Positions 1-11,100 of a stretch of DNA of 56,778 nucleotides are shown here, one piece after another. The position numbers and the translations under genes are program-made. The stretch comes from a virus (lineage: Duplodnaviria > Caudoviricetes), in IMG/VR virus record IMGVR_UViG_3300020027_000010, positions 1-56,778 of that record. One strand, given 5' to 3'. Position 1 is the first letter of the stretch; each line of letters begins with the position of its first letter. The notes under the pieces were generated by a model that saw only the letters and a list, made by a program, of their open reading frames with translations, was not told the origin of the DNA and did no database searches.

Positions 1-2
1 CA

Positions 3-392
3 ATGGATTTTGGGCCTTTCTTTAACGGGATCGGCGGGTCGAATATGTGTATGTGCTATGTGAGTCCTGTAACACCTAGCCCAGCTGCTATCTTAAACGC
101 TGGCTCCGGCTCTGGACTAAACACAAACATGATCACTGATGCTTTTATCATCATTCGTGCGCTGTTCAATGGAGCCTCTTCTAAACTTATTATCAACAAT
201 ACAGCGCCTTTAACCGCCAATCCAGGAACGGCAAACCCCGGAGGCATCACGCTGGCATCAAGTGTAGGGGTAGGCTACGGAGGTAGTCACTCGACTATAG
301 AAATCAAAGAAGTTATTATACGAAAGGTGTCCGACAGCGCACCGAACGAAACAACGATTTACAACTACCTGGCAACAAAGTATTCCATTTAA
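3..392 (+). CDS. C-terminal part of a LamG/concanavalin-like virion protein (5' truncated)
   Basis: Ends ...EIKEVIIRKVSD...IYNYLATKYSI, a typical ending of phage LamG-like proteins; complements the open ORF at 56480. Confidence 0.6.
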   Translation: MDFGPFFNGIGGSNMCMCYVSPVTPSPAAILNAGSGSGLNTNMITDAFIIIRALFNGASSKLIINNTAPLTANPGTANPGGITLASSVGVGYGGSHSTIEIKEVIIRKVSDSAPNETTIYNYLATKYSI

Positions 393-2362
393 TGTTTAAA
401 CTGCTCCTCATATTATTTCCTTTCACCTTGAACGCTACCACCTATTATGTAAAAGCATCGGGCGGCACCGGTTCGGGGTTAAACGACGCGAATGCGTGGA
501 GCCTGGCGAAGCTGAATGCGACAGGCTTAAATTACGGCGATAGTGTTTTATTTAAAAGAGGAGATGCATTCACCGGAACGCTGACACCAATAAGCAACGG
601 GATCAATTACGCGGCTTATGGATCGGGATCGAATCCGCTTTTATCCGGATTTACTACTCTATCATCATGGACATTAAGCAGCGGGAATGTATATTATGCC
701 TCCCTCGATGTTCCCCGGCTTAATGTTGTCACTCTTGATGGAGTTATCAAACCAATGGGCCGCTATCCGAACGCAGGGTATCTGACTTATACTTCTCATT
801 CAAATAACGCCTCAATAACCGGAACGACAGTCGGAGCAATTCCTTTTAATCCGGCAGGAGGTGAAGTAGTGATCCGCAAACGTCGGTGGATTCTGGACAG
901 ACACCCAATCACGTCGAGGTCCAGCAATACCCTGAATATAACGACCAGTACGGATTACGGACAAAACAACTTATATACACCCGTAGACGGGAATGGTTAC
1001 TTCATACAAAACTCATTAAGTACGCTGGATCAGGAAGGCGAATGGTTTTACGATACCACGGCCAATCGGTTGTACATGCACTTCGGCGCTGGGACACCTT
1101 CAGGCGGAACGGTAAAGGCCGGATCGGTGGATAGAAACGTCTATTTGAACTATTGGACTGACATATCCTTTACTAGTCTGGATTTTGAAGGCGCAAACAT
1201 TTGGGGGGTCTACACCATCGGAACCAGTAACATCACTTACACAAACTGCAATTTCACTCAGCAGGGCGGCGATGGATTTTGGGGCAGCTACTTAAACAAT
1301 GTCGATCTGATAGGCTGCACGTTTAACGACTGTCTTAATAACGGAATATATGTAGAGCAGGAAGGTGACGATATGATCTTTGACAGTATTTATGTGCGCA
1401 GTTCCGGTCAGATTGCCGGGGCTTCCCGGTCAGGGGACGGCTACATGGAAGGCATCTTTGTGAAAGGAGATACCGTTTCTATTACAAGATGCAGGGTTAT
1501 CAACAGCGGATATATCGGTATCAACTTCGAGGGAAATGAAGTGCTTGTTAAGAATAATTTCGTTGATTCCTTCTCCAATATAAAAGACGATGGAGCCGGG
1601 ATATACAGTTATACGGGGCCAAGCGGAGGAGCAAACACAAACCGCGTGATCTCCCAGAATATTATTTTGCACGGGATCGGATCATTTGTGGGGGCCGAAG
1701 CCTATTACTGGGAACCCTACGGCAAAGCAGCGGGAATCTATCTGGATGATTACGCAGGGTTTACTACGGTAGACAGCAATATTATCGCTCATGGATCATG
1801 GCATGGCATCGTACTGCACAACGCCTCAAATAATTCGATAACCCATAATATCGTTTTTGATTTCGATTCTCAGTTAGGACTCCTGCAAGACTTCACTAAC
1901 GGAGTTAGGAACAATACTATTTCCAACAACACTTTCATAGCAAGATCAGCAGATCAGGACGCTATGTACCTGGAAACTTTTGTGAGCGATAACGTCAACA
2001 ATTTCGGGGCGTTCAATAATAATGTATATGCCCGGCCAATAGACGATAACCTGACTATCCAGGTGAACAATTCTTACGGCGGCGGTAGCGGGGCGACCGA
2101 TTACACTTTGGCGACATGGAAATCCACTTTTTCTGAGGATGCCGCTTCGGTGAAATCCAGCGTAACGGCCGTGGATGCCGACAAGTTTAGGATCGATTAC
2201 AACGCAACTCCCTCACAGATTACGATTGATTATAAGACAACCTTTTACAAGGACGTAAAGGGCACGGCCTTCGACAAAACGAAGGTATTGCCACCGTTTA
2301 GTGCGGCAATTGGCATCAAAAAAGGTATCAGAATTTTCGGCAAAACAGTAATAATGCTTTGA
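392..2362 (+). CDS. Right-handed parallel beta-helix protein (pectin-lyase fold) with N-terminal signal-peptide-like segment
   Basis: TTYYV...GxGxxDxxAW, GDSVLFKRGD, LDQEGEWFYD and DGAGIY/GIYLDD motifs with Asn ladders; hydrophobic start MFKLLLILFPFTLNA. Confidence 0.8.
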   Translation: MFKLLLILFPFTLNATTYYVKASGGTGSGLNDANAWSLAKLNATGLNYGDSVLFKRGDAFTGTLTPISNGINYAAYGSGSNPLLSGFTTLSSWTLSSGNVYYASLDVPRLNVVTLDGVIKPMGRYPNAGYLTYTSHSNNASITGTTVGAIPFNPAGGEVVIRKRRWILDRHPITSRSSNTLNITTSTDYGQNNLYTPVDGNGYFIQNSLSTLDQEGEWFYDTTANRLYMHFGAGTPSGGTVKAGSVDRNVYLNYWTDISFTSLDFEGANIWGVYTIGTSNITYTNCNFTQQGGDGFWGSYLNNVDLIGCTFNDCLNNGIYVEQEGDDMIFDSIYVRSSGQIAGASRSGDGYMEGIFVKGDTVSITRCRVINSGYIGINFEGNEVLVKNNFVDSFSNIKDDGAGIYSYTGPSGGANTNRVISQNIILHGIGSFVGAEAYYWEPYGKAAGIYLDDYAGFTTVDSNIIAHGSWHGIVLHNASNNSITHNIVFDFDSQLGLLQDFTNGVRNNTISNNTFIARSADQDAMYLETFVSDNVNNFGAFNNNVYARPIDDNLTIQVNNSYGGGSGATDYTLATWKSTFSEDAASVKSSVTAVDADKFRIDYNATPSQITIDYKTTFYKDVKGTAFDKTKVLPPFSAAIGIKKGIRIFGKTVIML

Positions 2363-2380
2363 TTAACTAAATCGATCCCA

Positions 2381-2581
2381 ATGGACGCAACAAAAGTTCT
2401 TCAAGATAAAATCACTCAGCAGCAGGAGGACGCACTCCAGCTGGCCGATATCGATCCGGCTCTAAAGGAAAGGATCCGACTGAAGTACCTGGAATATGCC
2501 AAACTCTTCCCACATATGAAGCGCCATCGCCTTATGAGGAAGGCAGGCGAATTTTTTCACGTCCAATTCAATTTTGAATGA
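2381..2581 (+). CDS. Hypothetical protein
   Basis: 66 aa ORF coupled to the next gene by an ATGA overlap. Confidence 0.6.
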   Translation: MDATKVLQDKITQQQEDALQLADIDPALKERIRLKYLEYAKLFPHMKRHRLMRKAGEFFHVQFNFE

Positions 2582-2847
2582 CCGACATGCAAAGGCTGGC
2601 CGCTTCGATCCCGCACGATTACCGCAAGAAAATTCTTTTGGAGTGGCTGCCTAACGTCCGGATCAGCTGGGACTGCAAGGAATTCAAACTGCTGTGGGAA
2701 GCTTACTTCGTGTACATCGAACCTGATGGCCTGAAGATCACCAATTGCCCGAAATGCATGAGTAACGTGATCAAAAACTGGAGAAACCTTTCACCACTCC
2801 TGGCTGCTGAAGAGCAGGAATATAATCTGTTAGAACATCTGTCATGA
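2578..2847 (+). CDS. Hypothetical protein with CxxC
   Basis: 89 aa, NCPKC motif, ATGA overlaps on both sides. Confidence 0.65.
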   Translation: MTDMQRLAASIPHDYRKKILLEWLPNVRISWDCKEFKLLWEAYFVYIEPDGLKITNCPKCMSNVIKNWRNLSPLLAAEEQEYNLLEHLS

Positions 2848-3347
2848 TTGGAACAGCCACGATACGATCGGTTGAAACTGAATTCACAAAGAACCTGAAA
2901 AAGGAACTGAGGGACCAGGGCCATTATCTCACGGGCGCGCTGGAATCGTCCATCAGAACCAAAACAACGGACAACACCGGTGCAGTGGTTGGCGAAGTCA
3001 CTGCCCTGGACTACATCGATGACCTGGAGACTGGCATCGCAGCATCTCACATCGATCCCAATGATGTATCCTACATCAGAGAGATGGCAGAATATGCCAA
3101 GAAGAGATTTGGGCTCACCAGCGAGAGGCAGGCATTAAAGGCAGGGGTGGCCATCGCTCGAAAGCATGCCCGTGAAGGCATGCCTACCCGAAATTCCTAC
3201 AACTTCAGTTCCACCGGTGAGCGCACTGAAGCCATTCAAACCAGTTATGATGAGCATGCGGACCAATATGATGACCTTATTGAAAATGGCCTTAACCGAG
3301 AGCTGGATACGTACATCGAAAAACAATTCAAAGAAACCCTATTTTAA
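2844..3347 (+). CDS. Putative neck/tail-completion protein
   Basis: GHxLTGALESSI motif reminiscent of HK97-gp10-like proteins; morphogenesis context. Confidence 0.5.
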   Translation: MIGTATIRSVETEFTKNLKKELRDQGHYLTGALESSIRTKTTDNTGAVVGEVTALDYIDDLETGIAASHIDPNDVSYIREMAEYAKKRFGLTSERQALKAGVAIARKHAREGMPTRNSYNFSSTGERTEAIQTSYDEHADQYDDLIENGLNRELDTYIEKQFKETLF

Positions 3348-5269
3348 TGCCAGTATCCTCGATTTCCTACCAACCCAATACCGCTCAGCTGCTTGCAGCT
3401 TACCGCCCGATCCGCTTTAAGGTCCTGGCCACTGCCACTGGCGAAGATCCCATTCCACCATTCGTTTCTTGTGACGTGTACATCGAAGATGTGTATTATA
3501 AGTCCCTGATCAGGACTGCCCCCGAAAGCTTTACCGTCGATGACAGTGTCTTCACTTTTGACATTGCCGACGTACTTCAGGAATATATGCAGCCCGATAT
3601 CGCAGCGATCGACAACCGCGATGTTCTGCCCGCACCTCACATGAGCGCAAAGGTGTATTGTAAGTTTCGGGCATCGGGACTGAACGTTGATGGCTTCACC
3701 GTGGAGGAACCAACCAAACCCATCCAGGCAACAAAGTTCACCCCTGCTGTCGCTGGTACCGGAACTACGTCCAACACTTTCTTTGCAATAAATTCAGTTC
3801 TTCAGCAGGAGGATAATCAAAATCTGGCATCTCACCTCAATGCATACAAGCAGGGAGGCTGGGACAGTAATGCTTACCCGCTCTCACATCGCAACCGATA
3901 TTTCATCTGTCCTGGCGACAGCGATCACTACCCGGTCATCTATCGCGGCGACTGCCTGTCTGCAGACCTGGTGCTCAATTACAAATTGAAGGGCTCCAAT
4001 GTCTTCCAAACTGCCACTGCCGAGGACTATAATGCTTGTGAACCGATCGGCTTTAGTACACCGGCGGTGAACGGCAAGGAAGTGACGATCACCCTTGACG
4101 ATCCCGTTCCTGCCGGCCATAAGATCCTGGTGCGTTATAAAAAACAGGTCGACATCAATGCCTACTGGATCGAAGCTGCATATACGACGCAAACAATTGT
4201 CTTCAGGATTCCCCTGGGTGTTCGTTTCATATTCTTCGGTGACTACACCCTTGAAGTCATTCACTTTTGCAGCGATTGCAATCATGCCGATGCGGTGACA
4301 GACGAATTCACGATCGGCAACACGCCGGCAGACCGGGAATGGAGAGGTGTCAATCCATACTGTCTTCAGCAAACTTTCGAAGACCCCATATACATCACGC
4401 TGGAACTTCGAAACCAGGAGAGTGACACAACATACTTTCCCAACCAGTCGACTCCTTATGTGAAAAATGTGTTCACCACAGCTGACCTGTATGCGAAGTT
4501 CTTCAGCGATGCTTCACATCTTAGCCCACTGGATTTCACTCAAGCTGACCTGACCATCTATCTCAAAAAGCACGAACAAAGGATCGACAACAATTCAGGA
4601 GGCACGTACGGCAGGGAAATCGAAAACATTCAGGGGTTCACGGTGGATGCAGATGGTGTCGAGGTGTTACTTGGCCAGGTGACAACCAGGTCAGAGAATT
4701 ACCAATACAACAGCTATCCCACTGTCGCGTCCTCTTCTGATGGCACTTTCACCTTCACGCCTTACCCAACTCATATACTCACTGGTGGAAACACCGGGCA
4801 ACGGGGATTCACGGACCTCCAGGAATTTAACGTCGAGACAAATGGTCCGATTCCAGGAACCACCAAACCCAATGATCCGGAGGATGATGATTACATCGCA
4901 CCGGCTGGGAGCGCTCAGTGTCCTGCAGGACCAAATCAGACGACAACGACCTATGGATATGGTTTGCAGATAGCAAAAGTTGAATATGGATACAGTGGAC
5001 AATTTGTGTATCCGGAGACTGTAAGTAATACTGGTGGCGGTGGATACACCTATGTCTTGCCTCTTCCGAAATCAACAAACATCACCCTGGCCGTGAAGGC
5101 AAAGACCCTTGATGCCGGCAATACGTCTGGTTTTGTGAAGGTGCGCGTGACTTATGTAAACAGCGCTGGCCTTAGCCAAACCCAGGTCTACAACATTCCA
5201 AATAATATCGAAACCGGGATACCTGGAACCTTTCAGAACATAAGCAATGTCAACATAAGCAATTACTAA
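3347..5269 (+). CDS. Putative tail structural protein
   Basis: 640 aa beta-rich ORF in the tail operon, TAATG-coupled. Confidence 0.55.
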   Translation: MPVSSISYQPNTAQLLAAYRPIRFKVLATATGEDPIPPFVSCDVYIEDVYYKSLIRTAPESFTVDDSVFTFDIADVLQEYMQPDIAAIDNRDVLPAPHMSAKVYCKFRASGLNVDGFTVEEPTKPIQATKFTPAVAGTGTTSNTFFAINSVLQQEDNQNLASHLNAYKQGGWDSNAYPLSHRNRYFICPGDSDHYPVIYRGDCLSADLVLNYKLKGSNVFQTATAEDYNACEPIGFSTPAVNGKEVTITLDDPVPAGHKILVRYKKQVDINAYWIEAAYTTQTIVFRIPLGVRFIFFGDYTLEVIHFCSDCNHADAVTDEFTIGNTPADREWRGVNPYCLQQTFEDPIYITLELRNQESDTTYFPNQSTPYVKNVFTTADLYAKFFSDASHLSPLDFTQADLTIYLKKHEQRIDNNSGGTYGREIENIQGFTVDADGVEVLLGQVTTRSENYQYNSYPTVASSSDGTFTFTPYPTHILTGGNTGQRGFTDLQEFNVETNGPIPGTTKPNDPEDDDYIAPAGSAQCPAGPNQTTTTYGYGLQIAKVEYGYSGQFVYPETVSNTGGGGYTYVLPLPKSTNITLAVKAKTLDAGNTSGFVKVRVTYVNSAGLSQTQVYNIPNNIETGIPGTFQNISNVNISNY

Positions 5270-5270
5270 C

Positions 5271-5843
5271 ATGATCACGTTCCACATACCAGCAGGCCCG
5301 ATGAATCTGGCAACACTCTTTCCAGGGATTGATTTCACCAGAGTGGAAGAATATTATCTGGAGCTAAAGGACCAAGAAGATGACAGCGTGATCCTTACGA
5401 CGCCTTCTTTCAAAAAAGGTTGCTGCTGTAATGAAGACCAGATCCGGATATTCTTTGTCAACTACCTGGGAGGTATTGATGCTGTCAATTTTAAGATCAT
5501 CGCTGAGGAAACAGGTGTCGTAAGTGACAACTGGAAACGGCCACTGAAAGCACCCATGGAAAAGTGGGACGGTGGCATTCAGCGATTCAATGTGACCAGC
5601 AATGAAACCATCACGGCAGAAAATACCTGCTATCAGGAAGAGGATAATCCCTGGCTTAAAGAACTCCTGGGTTCTCCCAATGCCTGGGTTCAGTGGCTGG
5701 GCACTCAGGGCCAGGATGATGACTATATACCGATCGTCATTCGGGATGGCAACTTCCTGACCCGAAAGAATGAGGAACGATACAACAATGTTCTGCAGAT
5801 ACAATTTGTCTATGCGAACGAAAACCTCATCCTGCGTAACTAA
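5271..5843 (+). CDS. Putative distal-tail-like protein
   Basis: FVNYLGGIDAVNF and WLKELLGSP motifs typical of Bacteroidota phage tail proteins. Confidence 0.55.
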   Translation: MITFHIPAGPMNLATLFPGIDFTRVEEYYLELKDQEDDSVILTTPSFKKGCCCNEDQIRIFFVNYLGGIDAVNFKIIAEETGVVSDNWKRPLKAPMEKWDGGIQRFNVTSNETITAENTCYQEEDNPWLKELLGSPNAWVQWLGTQGQDDDYIPIVIRDGNFLTRKNEERYNNVLQIQFVYANENLILRN

Positions 5844-8173
5844 TGCCAAGACCCAACTACATATCGCTGATCATCGACGGACAGAAGGCAGATCTGGATC
5901 CTGCCGGCCAGGTCCCCACTGTGAGTTATGCTACCGAGGACGAGGAAGACTTTGAAGTGAAGAAATCCGCTGACAGCTTCAATATTGAGCTTCCTGGAAC
6001 GCTGATCAATGATCAGATCCACAACACCAGGCACAATGCTTCGGTAGTTGACAATTCTATCAGCAGCGCTTTCGATGGTTTCCGGCCTTGTACATACATC
6101 GCCAACGGGATGGAAATTCTGATCGGGAAGTATCTCACGCAATCCGTAGTCAAACAGAATGGCCGGCCGGTGAAATACCGCGGGAAGATCTATGGCCTGA
6201 ATGGCGACTGGGTAATTGACCTGAAAGAAAAAACGCTTTTCGATTTCGTGAATCCACGTAAGCACCCATTCACGGTGCAAACCATCATCGGATCCTGGAG
6301 CTATGATGGCCGTAGTGAAGCAAAGGATTACGTTTATGCACCGGTCAGGTACCTGAACCCATTTGGGGATGTCCCAGAACCGACCGAAGAAGATCCTGAG
6401 CCCAGAGCTGATGATCGCAATGTCACACTCAATGACTTGAAGCCTGCAATCAGTCCGTACTGGATCCTTTACCGTGGATTTAAAAGCGCTGGATACAGGA
6501 TAGTTTCCAACTTCATGGATACTGATTTTTACCGGCGCGGGGTGATGCCATGGACCTGGGGAGGATTCGATTACGTCGATGACACCCGATGGGAACCGTT
6601 GAAATTCCTGGCATCTGGGAAAGAGGTCCGATTGGAAGGTGATCATAATGACACTTTCATCGACAATGAAATGGTAGCTGATGGATCGATCGAGGGCACC
6701 TATGACAACAATGGGTTATTCTCTTATACCGATGCGGGATCTGTCCTGCCCTATATGTCCATCTTCAGGTATCCAACAACACCGGCGGAACTCAACCTGG
6801 GTAAGATTCACATTAGTTTATCCATCACCGTGAATTATGATTACAAGATTGTTCAGGACAACAGTGATGCGAACCTGGGAGTGTTCTGGTACAAGAACGG
6901 CGCGCTGATTTATACAGACATGATCTTCGGCATGAATGGCAGTGGCGCCATCAATCCAGCAGTAGGCTCAGGATCTCATGAAAGTTTCTACGAGGATGAT
7001 ATCAACCCTGGTGACTATATCGGCGTAAGGGTCAGGATCCGCACCTTCCAGTCCACTTTCGGTTTTGCGCGAGTCACTGCCGGCGTCGAGTCCTTTACGC
7101 TCAATTATGTGAAGCTGACCGACGGCGCTGATGTGGCCATGATCAATTATCCGAAATTCAAAAAATACAACTGGCTGGATCTGCTGCGTGGAGAAATCGA
7201 TCTATTCGACCTGCAGATCAACACAGATCCCATTCGAAAGGAAGTCTACATCGAGCCAACCCATGCCTATCAAATCAATGGCCAACCTGGTACCGGCTTC
7301 TACAACCGGCAGCAGTTGGACTGGACCATGAAGCAGGATCTCAGCAAGGAAACTGAACTGGAGCTCTACAGTGATCACGAGCGGGAGTTCACTTTCAAAT
7401 TCAAGGATGATACGAATGACGGCGGTCTCAAAAAAGTGCAGGACCGTAACCAAATCACTATAGGTCAGGCAAAGTTTGTTCTTCCCGACAGATTCAAAAC
7501 TGACAAAAAACAAAAGGAGAACCGGTTTTATTCTCCGCTCATGCATTACACCCATGAGGAATTTAAAAGCATCACCGGACTATCTCCGCAGTTGATCGCT
7601 CTGATCCCTGAAAATATTTCCAACACATCCGGATCTGAATCTGAGAACACGTACGAGCCAAAGCGAGCCTGGTATAAAGGAAATATTTCCGGCGTTGGTG
7701 GATGGAAATTTGACGGCATTGAAAGAACGACGCTACCCTTCATGTTCGCTGTTAATTACAAGCCGGGTGGGGAGAATGATCCGGTGCTGTCATACTCTGA
7801 CCAGCTGGTCGGTGGTATCGTCGCAAAGGGACTGCTAAAGAAGTTCTTTCTCCAGCGGATGGCGATCCTAAGACACGGGCGCCGGTACAACCCAGCATAT
7901 TTCATGCTCAACAACAATGACGTGGCCAACTTTCTTCACCGGGAATCCATTGTCGTTGATGACATCGAGTACATCCTGACCTCGATCAAAGATTTCAATC
8001 CTGTGGAGCCGGAAAGCACCGCATGTGTGATGTGGATGTTCTCTCCAGTCACGGTGAAGGACGGCGAAAACACCTACCCATCTCTACAGAGCATTCAGAC
8101 CGGAATATCCACCAGCTCGCTGGACATCAAGTATTGGGCACAACTTCTATTAACCACCGACATACCCAAATAA
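5843..8173 (+). CDS. Putative tail tip/hub protein
   Basis: 776 aa; SFNIELPGTLIND and LDWTMKQDLS motifs; adjacent to the tape measure gene. Confidence 0.6.
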   Translation: MPRPNYISLIIDGQKADLDPAGQVPTVSYATEDEEDFEVKKSADSFNIELPGTLINDQIHNTRHNASVVDNSISSAFDGFRPCTYIANGMEILIGKYLTQSVVKQNGRPVKYRGKIYGLNGDWVIDLKEKTLFDFVNPRKHPFTVQTIIGSWSYDGRSEAKDYVYAPVRYLNPFGDVPEPTEEDPEPRADDRNVTLNDLKPAISPYWILYRGFKSAGYRIVSNFMDTDFYRRGVMPWTWGGFDYVDDTRWEPLKFLASGKEVRLEGDHNDTFIDNEMVADGSIEGTYDNNGLFSYTDAGSVLPYMSIFRYPTTPAELNLGKIHISLSITVNYDYKIVQDNSDANLGVFWYKNGALIYTDMIFGMNGSGAINPAVGSGSHESFYEDDINPGDYIGVRVRIRTFQSTFGFARVTAGVESFTLNYVKLTDGADVAMINYPKFKKYNWLDLLRGEIDLFDLQINTDPIRKEVYIEPTHAYQINGQPGTGFYNRQQLDWTMKQDLSKETELELYSDHEREFTFKFKDDTNDGGLKKVQDRNQITIGQAKFVLPDRFKTDKKQKENRFYSPLMHYTHEEFKSITGLSPQLIALIPENISNTSGSESENTYEPKRAWYKGNISGVGGWKFDGIERTTLPFMFAVNYKPGGENDPVLSYSDQLVGGIVAKGLLKKFFLQRMAILRHGRRYNPAYFMLNNNDVANFLHRESIVVDDIEYILTSIKDFNPVEPESTACVMWMFSPVTVKDGENTYPSLQSIQTGISTSSLDIKYWAQLLLTTDIPK

Positions 8174-11100
8174 TGGCAGTTTCAAAAGTTTTCCGCATAG
8201 AGCTCAATGGATCCTCGGCCGTGAACAAGGATTTCCAAACCATCAAAAAGTCGGTAACGGAGATGGGTAAGGTGATCAAGAGTGCCAAAGAAGAGCTCGC
8301 CCTTCTGCTTAATACAAAAGGTGACACCAGCCAGATCGCTGATCTCAGCCGGAAGCTGGAGCAGCTGAATAAATCCTATGAGGCCTTAAAGAAACAGAGG
8401 GAAACTGCAAAGACAAATGCCAGGGACCAGGCAGCCGCGGAGAAATTATTGGCTGAGATGATTGTCAAGGAAGCACAGGCGAACAAACTAAAGGCGCAGG
8501 CAGATGAGGCAAGAACACGGTCGACCATTGCGCAAAATAAAGAACTCGATCGTCAGATCTCCCTGGAACAAAAGCAGACCGCAGCTTTGCAAAAACAACT
8601 GACAGTTGCAAGTGCTCTTCCAGGTTCATACAATGCTATTCGCGCCTCCCTCGCCCAGCTTCGTCCATTCATTCAATCTGGCGGCATCGGCGGTACTGTT
8701 GCATTCAATGGACAAAATATCAACTTCGATCAAGCCATTGCAGAATTCAAACAGCTGTCTGCAGCTGAGCAGGATTTCAGAAGACAGTTTGCAAGGGACG
8801 GGCTGCTTGTTGGCGAATACACAACCGGAATCGTCCAGGCCTTCAAGTCCATGAACATTGATGATATCATCAAAAACCAGGTGGCCGGCGCAAAGAACCA
8901 GTTAGGTCAACTGGAAGCAAAAACCAATGAGCTGGTTGTTGCCTACCGCCAGGCACAGGCCTCCGGATCTGTTGATCTCAATAAGCTTGAAAAGGAAATT
9001 CATGATAATGTCACTGAAACATTGCGCCTTAAACAGGCGACCCAAGCTGCAGAAGTCCAGCTGAAAGGGATTGGCGGAGTAGGATCGCAAATCACGGCGA
9101 GCATTAGCAAAGGATTCAAGGATTTGAGAGGAAGCATTGCACAGTTTGCACTGAGCTATATCGGCTTTCAGGGTATACTGACTTTAACCCAAAAGACATT
9201 TGCCGATACCATTTCCCTGGATTCCCAGGATGCTGCCCTCAAACTTGTTTCCAGAACGACAAGTGAACTGGCAATTAACCAGCAATTCCTTTCATCCACT
9301 ACCGAAAACCTCGGACTGGAAACGCTATCGGCGACCAAAGCGTTCAAAGGATTCTATGCCGCCTCCACTCAAGCTGGTATCAGTGCCGATGAAACAAGAG
9401 AAATCTTTTTTGCAGCAGCGAGCGCGGGCGCCAACCTGAAGTTGAGTGCGGAGGACATGAACGGCGTCCTTCTTGCCTTCTCACAGGTGGCATCTAAAGG
9501 AAAGGTGCAGGCGGAAGAGCTCCGCGGACAGATTGGTGAGCGTATTCCTGGTGCATTTTCCATCGCGGCACGAGCGATCGGTGTGACAGAACAGCAACTG
9601 AACAAAATGCTGGAAAGTGGAGAGGTAATTTCCAAGGATTTCTTACCCAAGTTTGCAAAAGAACTGCAGAACACCTTCGGATCGGATACGACGACGCACA
9701 TTGATGGTTTGCAGGCCAGCGTTAATCGTCTCAAGAACCAATTCACTCAATTGCTTAAGGACAATCAGGAAGGACTGACTTCTTTTTTCACCTTTTTGGT
9801 GCAGGCTGCAGGCCTTTTGGTAAAATATTTCCCTGCACTCATCAGTCTTCTCGGATTATATGCTGCAGGATGGGCCCTGGCGAACAAAGCCATGATCATA
9901 GCGCGTGCCGAACTCGTTTTTCAAAGACTTGTGATGCCGATACTCACTGTTTTACTCGGTGGCCAGGCCAATGCCATGAGGGTTTATGCTATTGCTACGG
10001 AACTCGCTGGTAAATCGCTGGCATTTTTCTCCAGACTCCTTGGAAATCCGATTTTTAAAGTATTTGCAGCTACCCTCGGCATTTCACTCATTGCCATGAA
10101 GGCCTTCAGTAAGGATGTGGGTGCAGCGAGTGAAAAATTGGGTCAAGCGGCGCAAAAGCAACGGTTTCTGGCAGAAGCACTGGCTGAAGCGAATAAGGGT
10201 TTGAGCGAAGCCCGCGCCAAAGAAATGGCTTTGCTGGCGGTGATTCGTGACAGGACGCTTGCAGATCAGACTCGACAGAAAGCCCTCAATGAATTAAAAA
10301 CATTGATGGGCCAGTATGGAGAAGCCCTCACGTTAGAGAACGTCCTGACCGGTCAGGGAACTGAAGCAATCAAAAAGTACAACGCTGAACTGGAAAAACG
10401 TGGCCGCATAACCGCATCTCAGGCAATTGCATCGCGTGAAAACTCGAAGCTGTCTGTCCTCTTTCAGAATCAGAGCGACGTGGAAAATGCAATTAAGGGT
10501 GGCACATCGATAAATACCAGTCAACTTTCTGAAGATGTAATGGAGGCCTACTACAAGGCCACAGGAAGAAAGGCCAGTGAAATCGGTAAATTCTTGGCTG
10601 ACAAAGTTGGGATCGACTTCACCTATTCCGGCAAGGATCTGAAGCAATTCTCCGATGTGATCAAAGCTCGGATCAAGAGTCAATTAACGAAGACGGCCGC
10701 GGCTGAACAGGCTAAACTTGAAAACGATGGTCCAAAAACTGAGACTGCAGCTCCTGGTACCGGTGAGGGCACAACAACCCTCGAGCAGCTGAAGAATGAA
10801 TACCAAAAAACAGTCGAAGAGATTAAGCAGCTTGATCTTATCAAAAAGAAAACGGATCAACAAGTCACACTTCTCAAAGCACTGCGCAAAAAAAGGAATG
10901 AACTCAAAACTCAGATCACAGAGCTGGGTGGATCTGTTACCAATGCCAATAACAGAGGATCTCGCCTCACCGGTGAGCAGAAGGACGACTTCAAAGATAT
11001 CGATGCTATCCGGGACAAGTTGTTGGCTGAACAGAAAGGCAACTTCCTTGATTTGGAGATCGATGAAAAACAATATCTGCAGAAAGTTTTAAAGATCAAC

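Noticed and set aside
8023-8172. Longer tape-measure start given by the ORF track
   Set aside because: It overlaps the upstream gene by about 150 nt; the coupled ATG at 8173 is more plausible.
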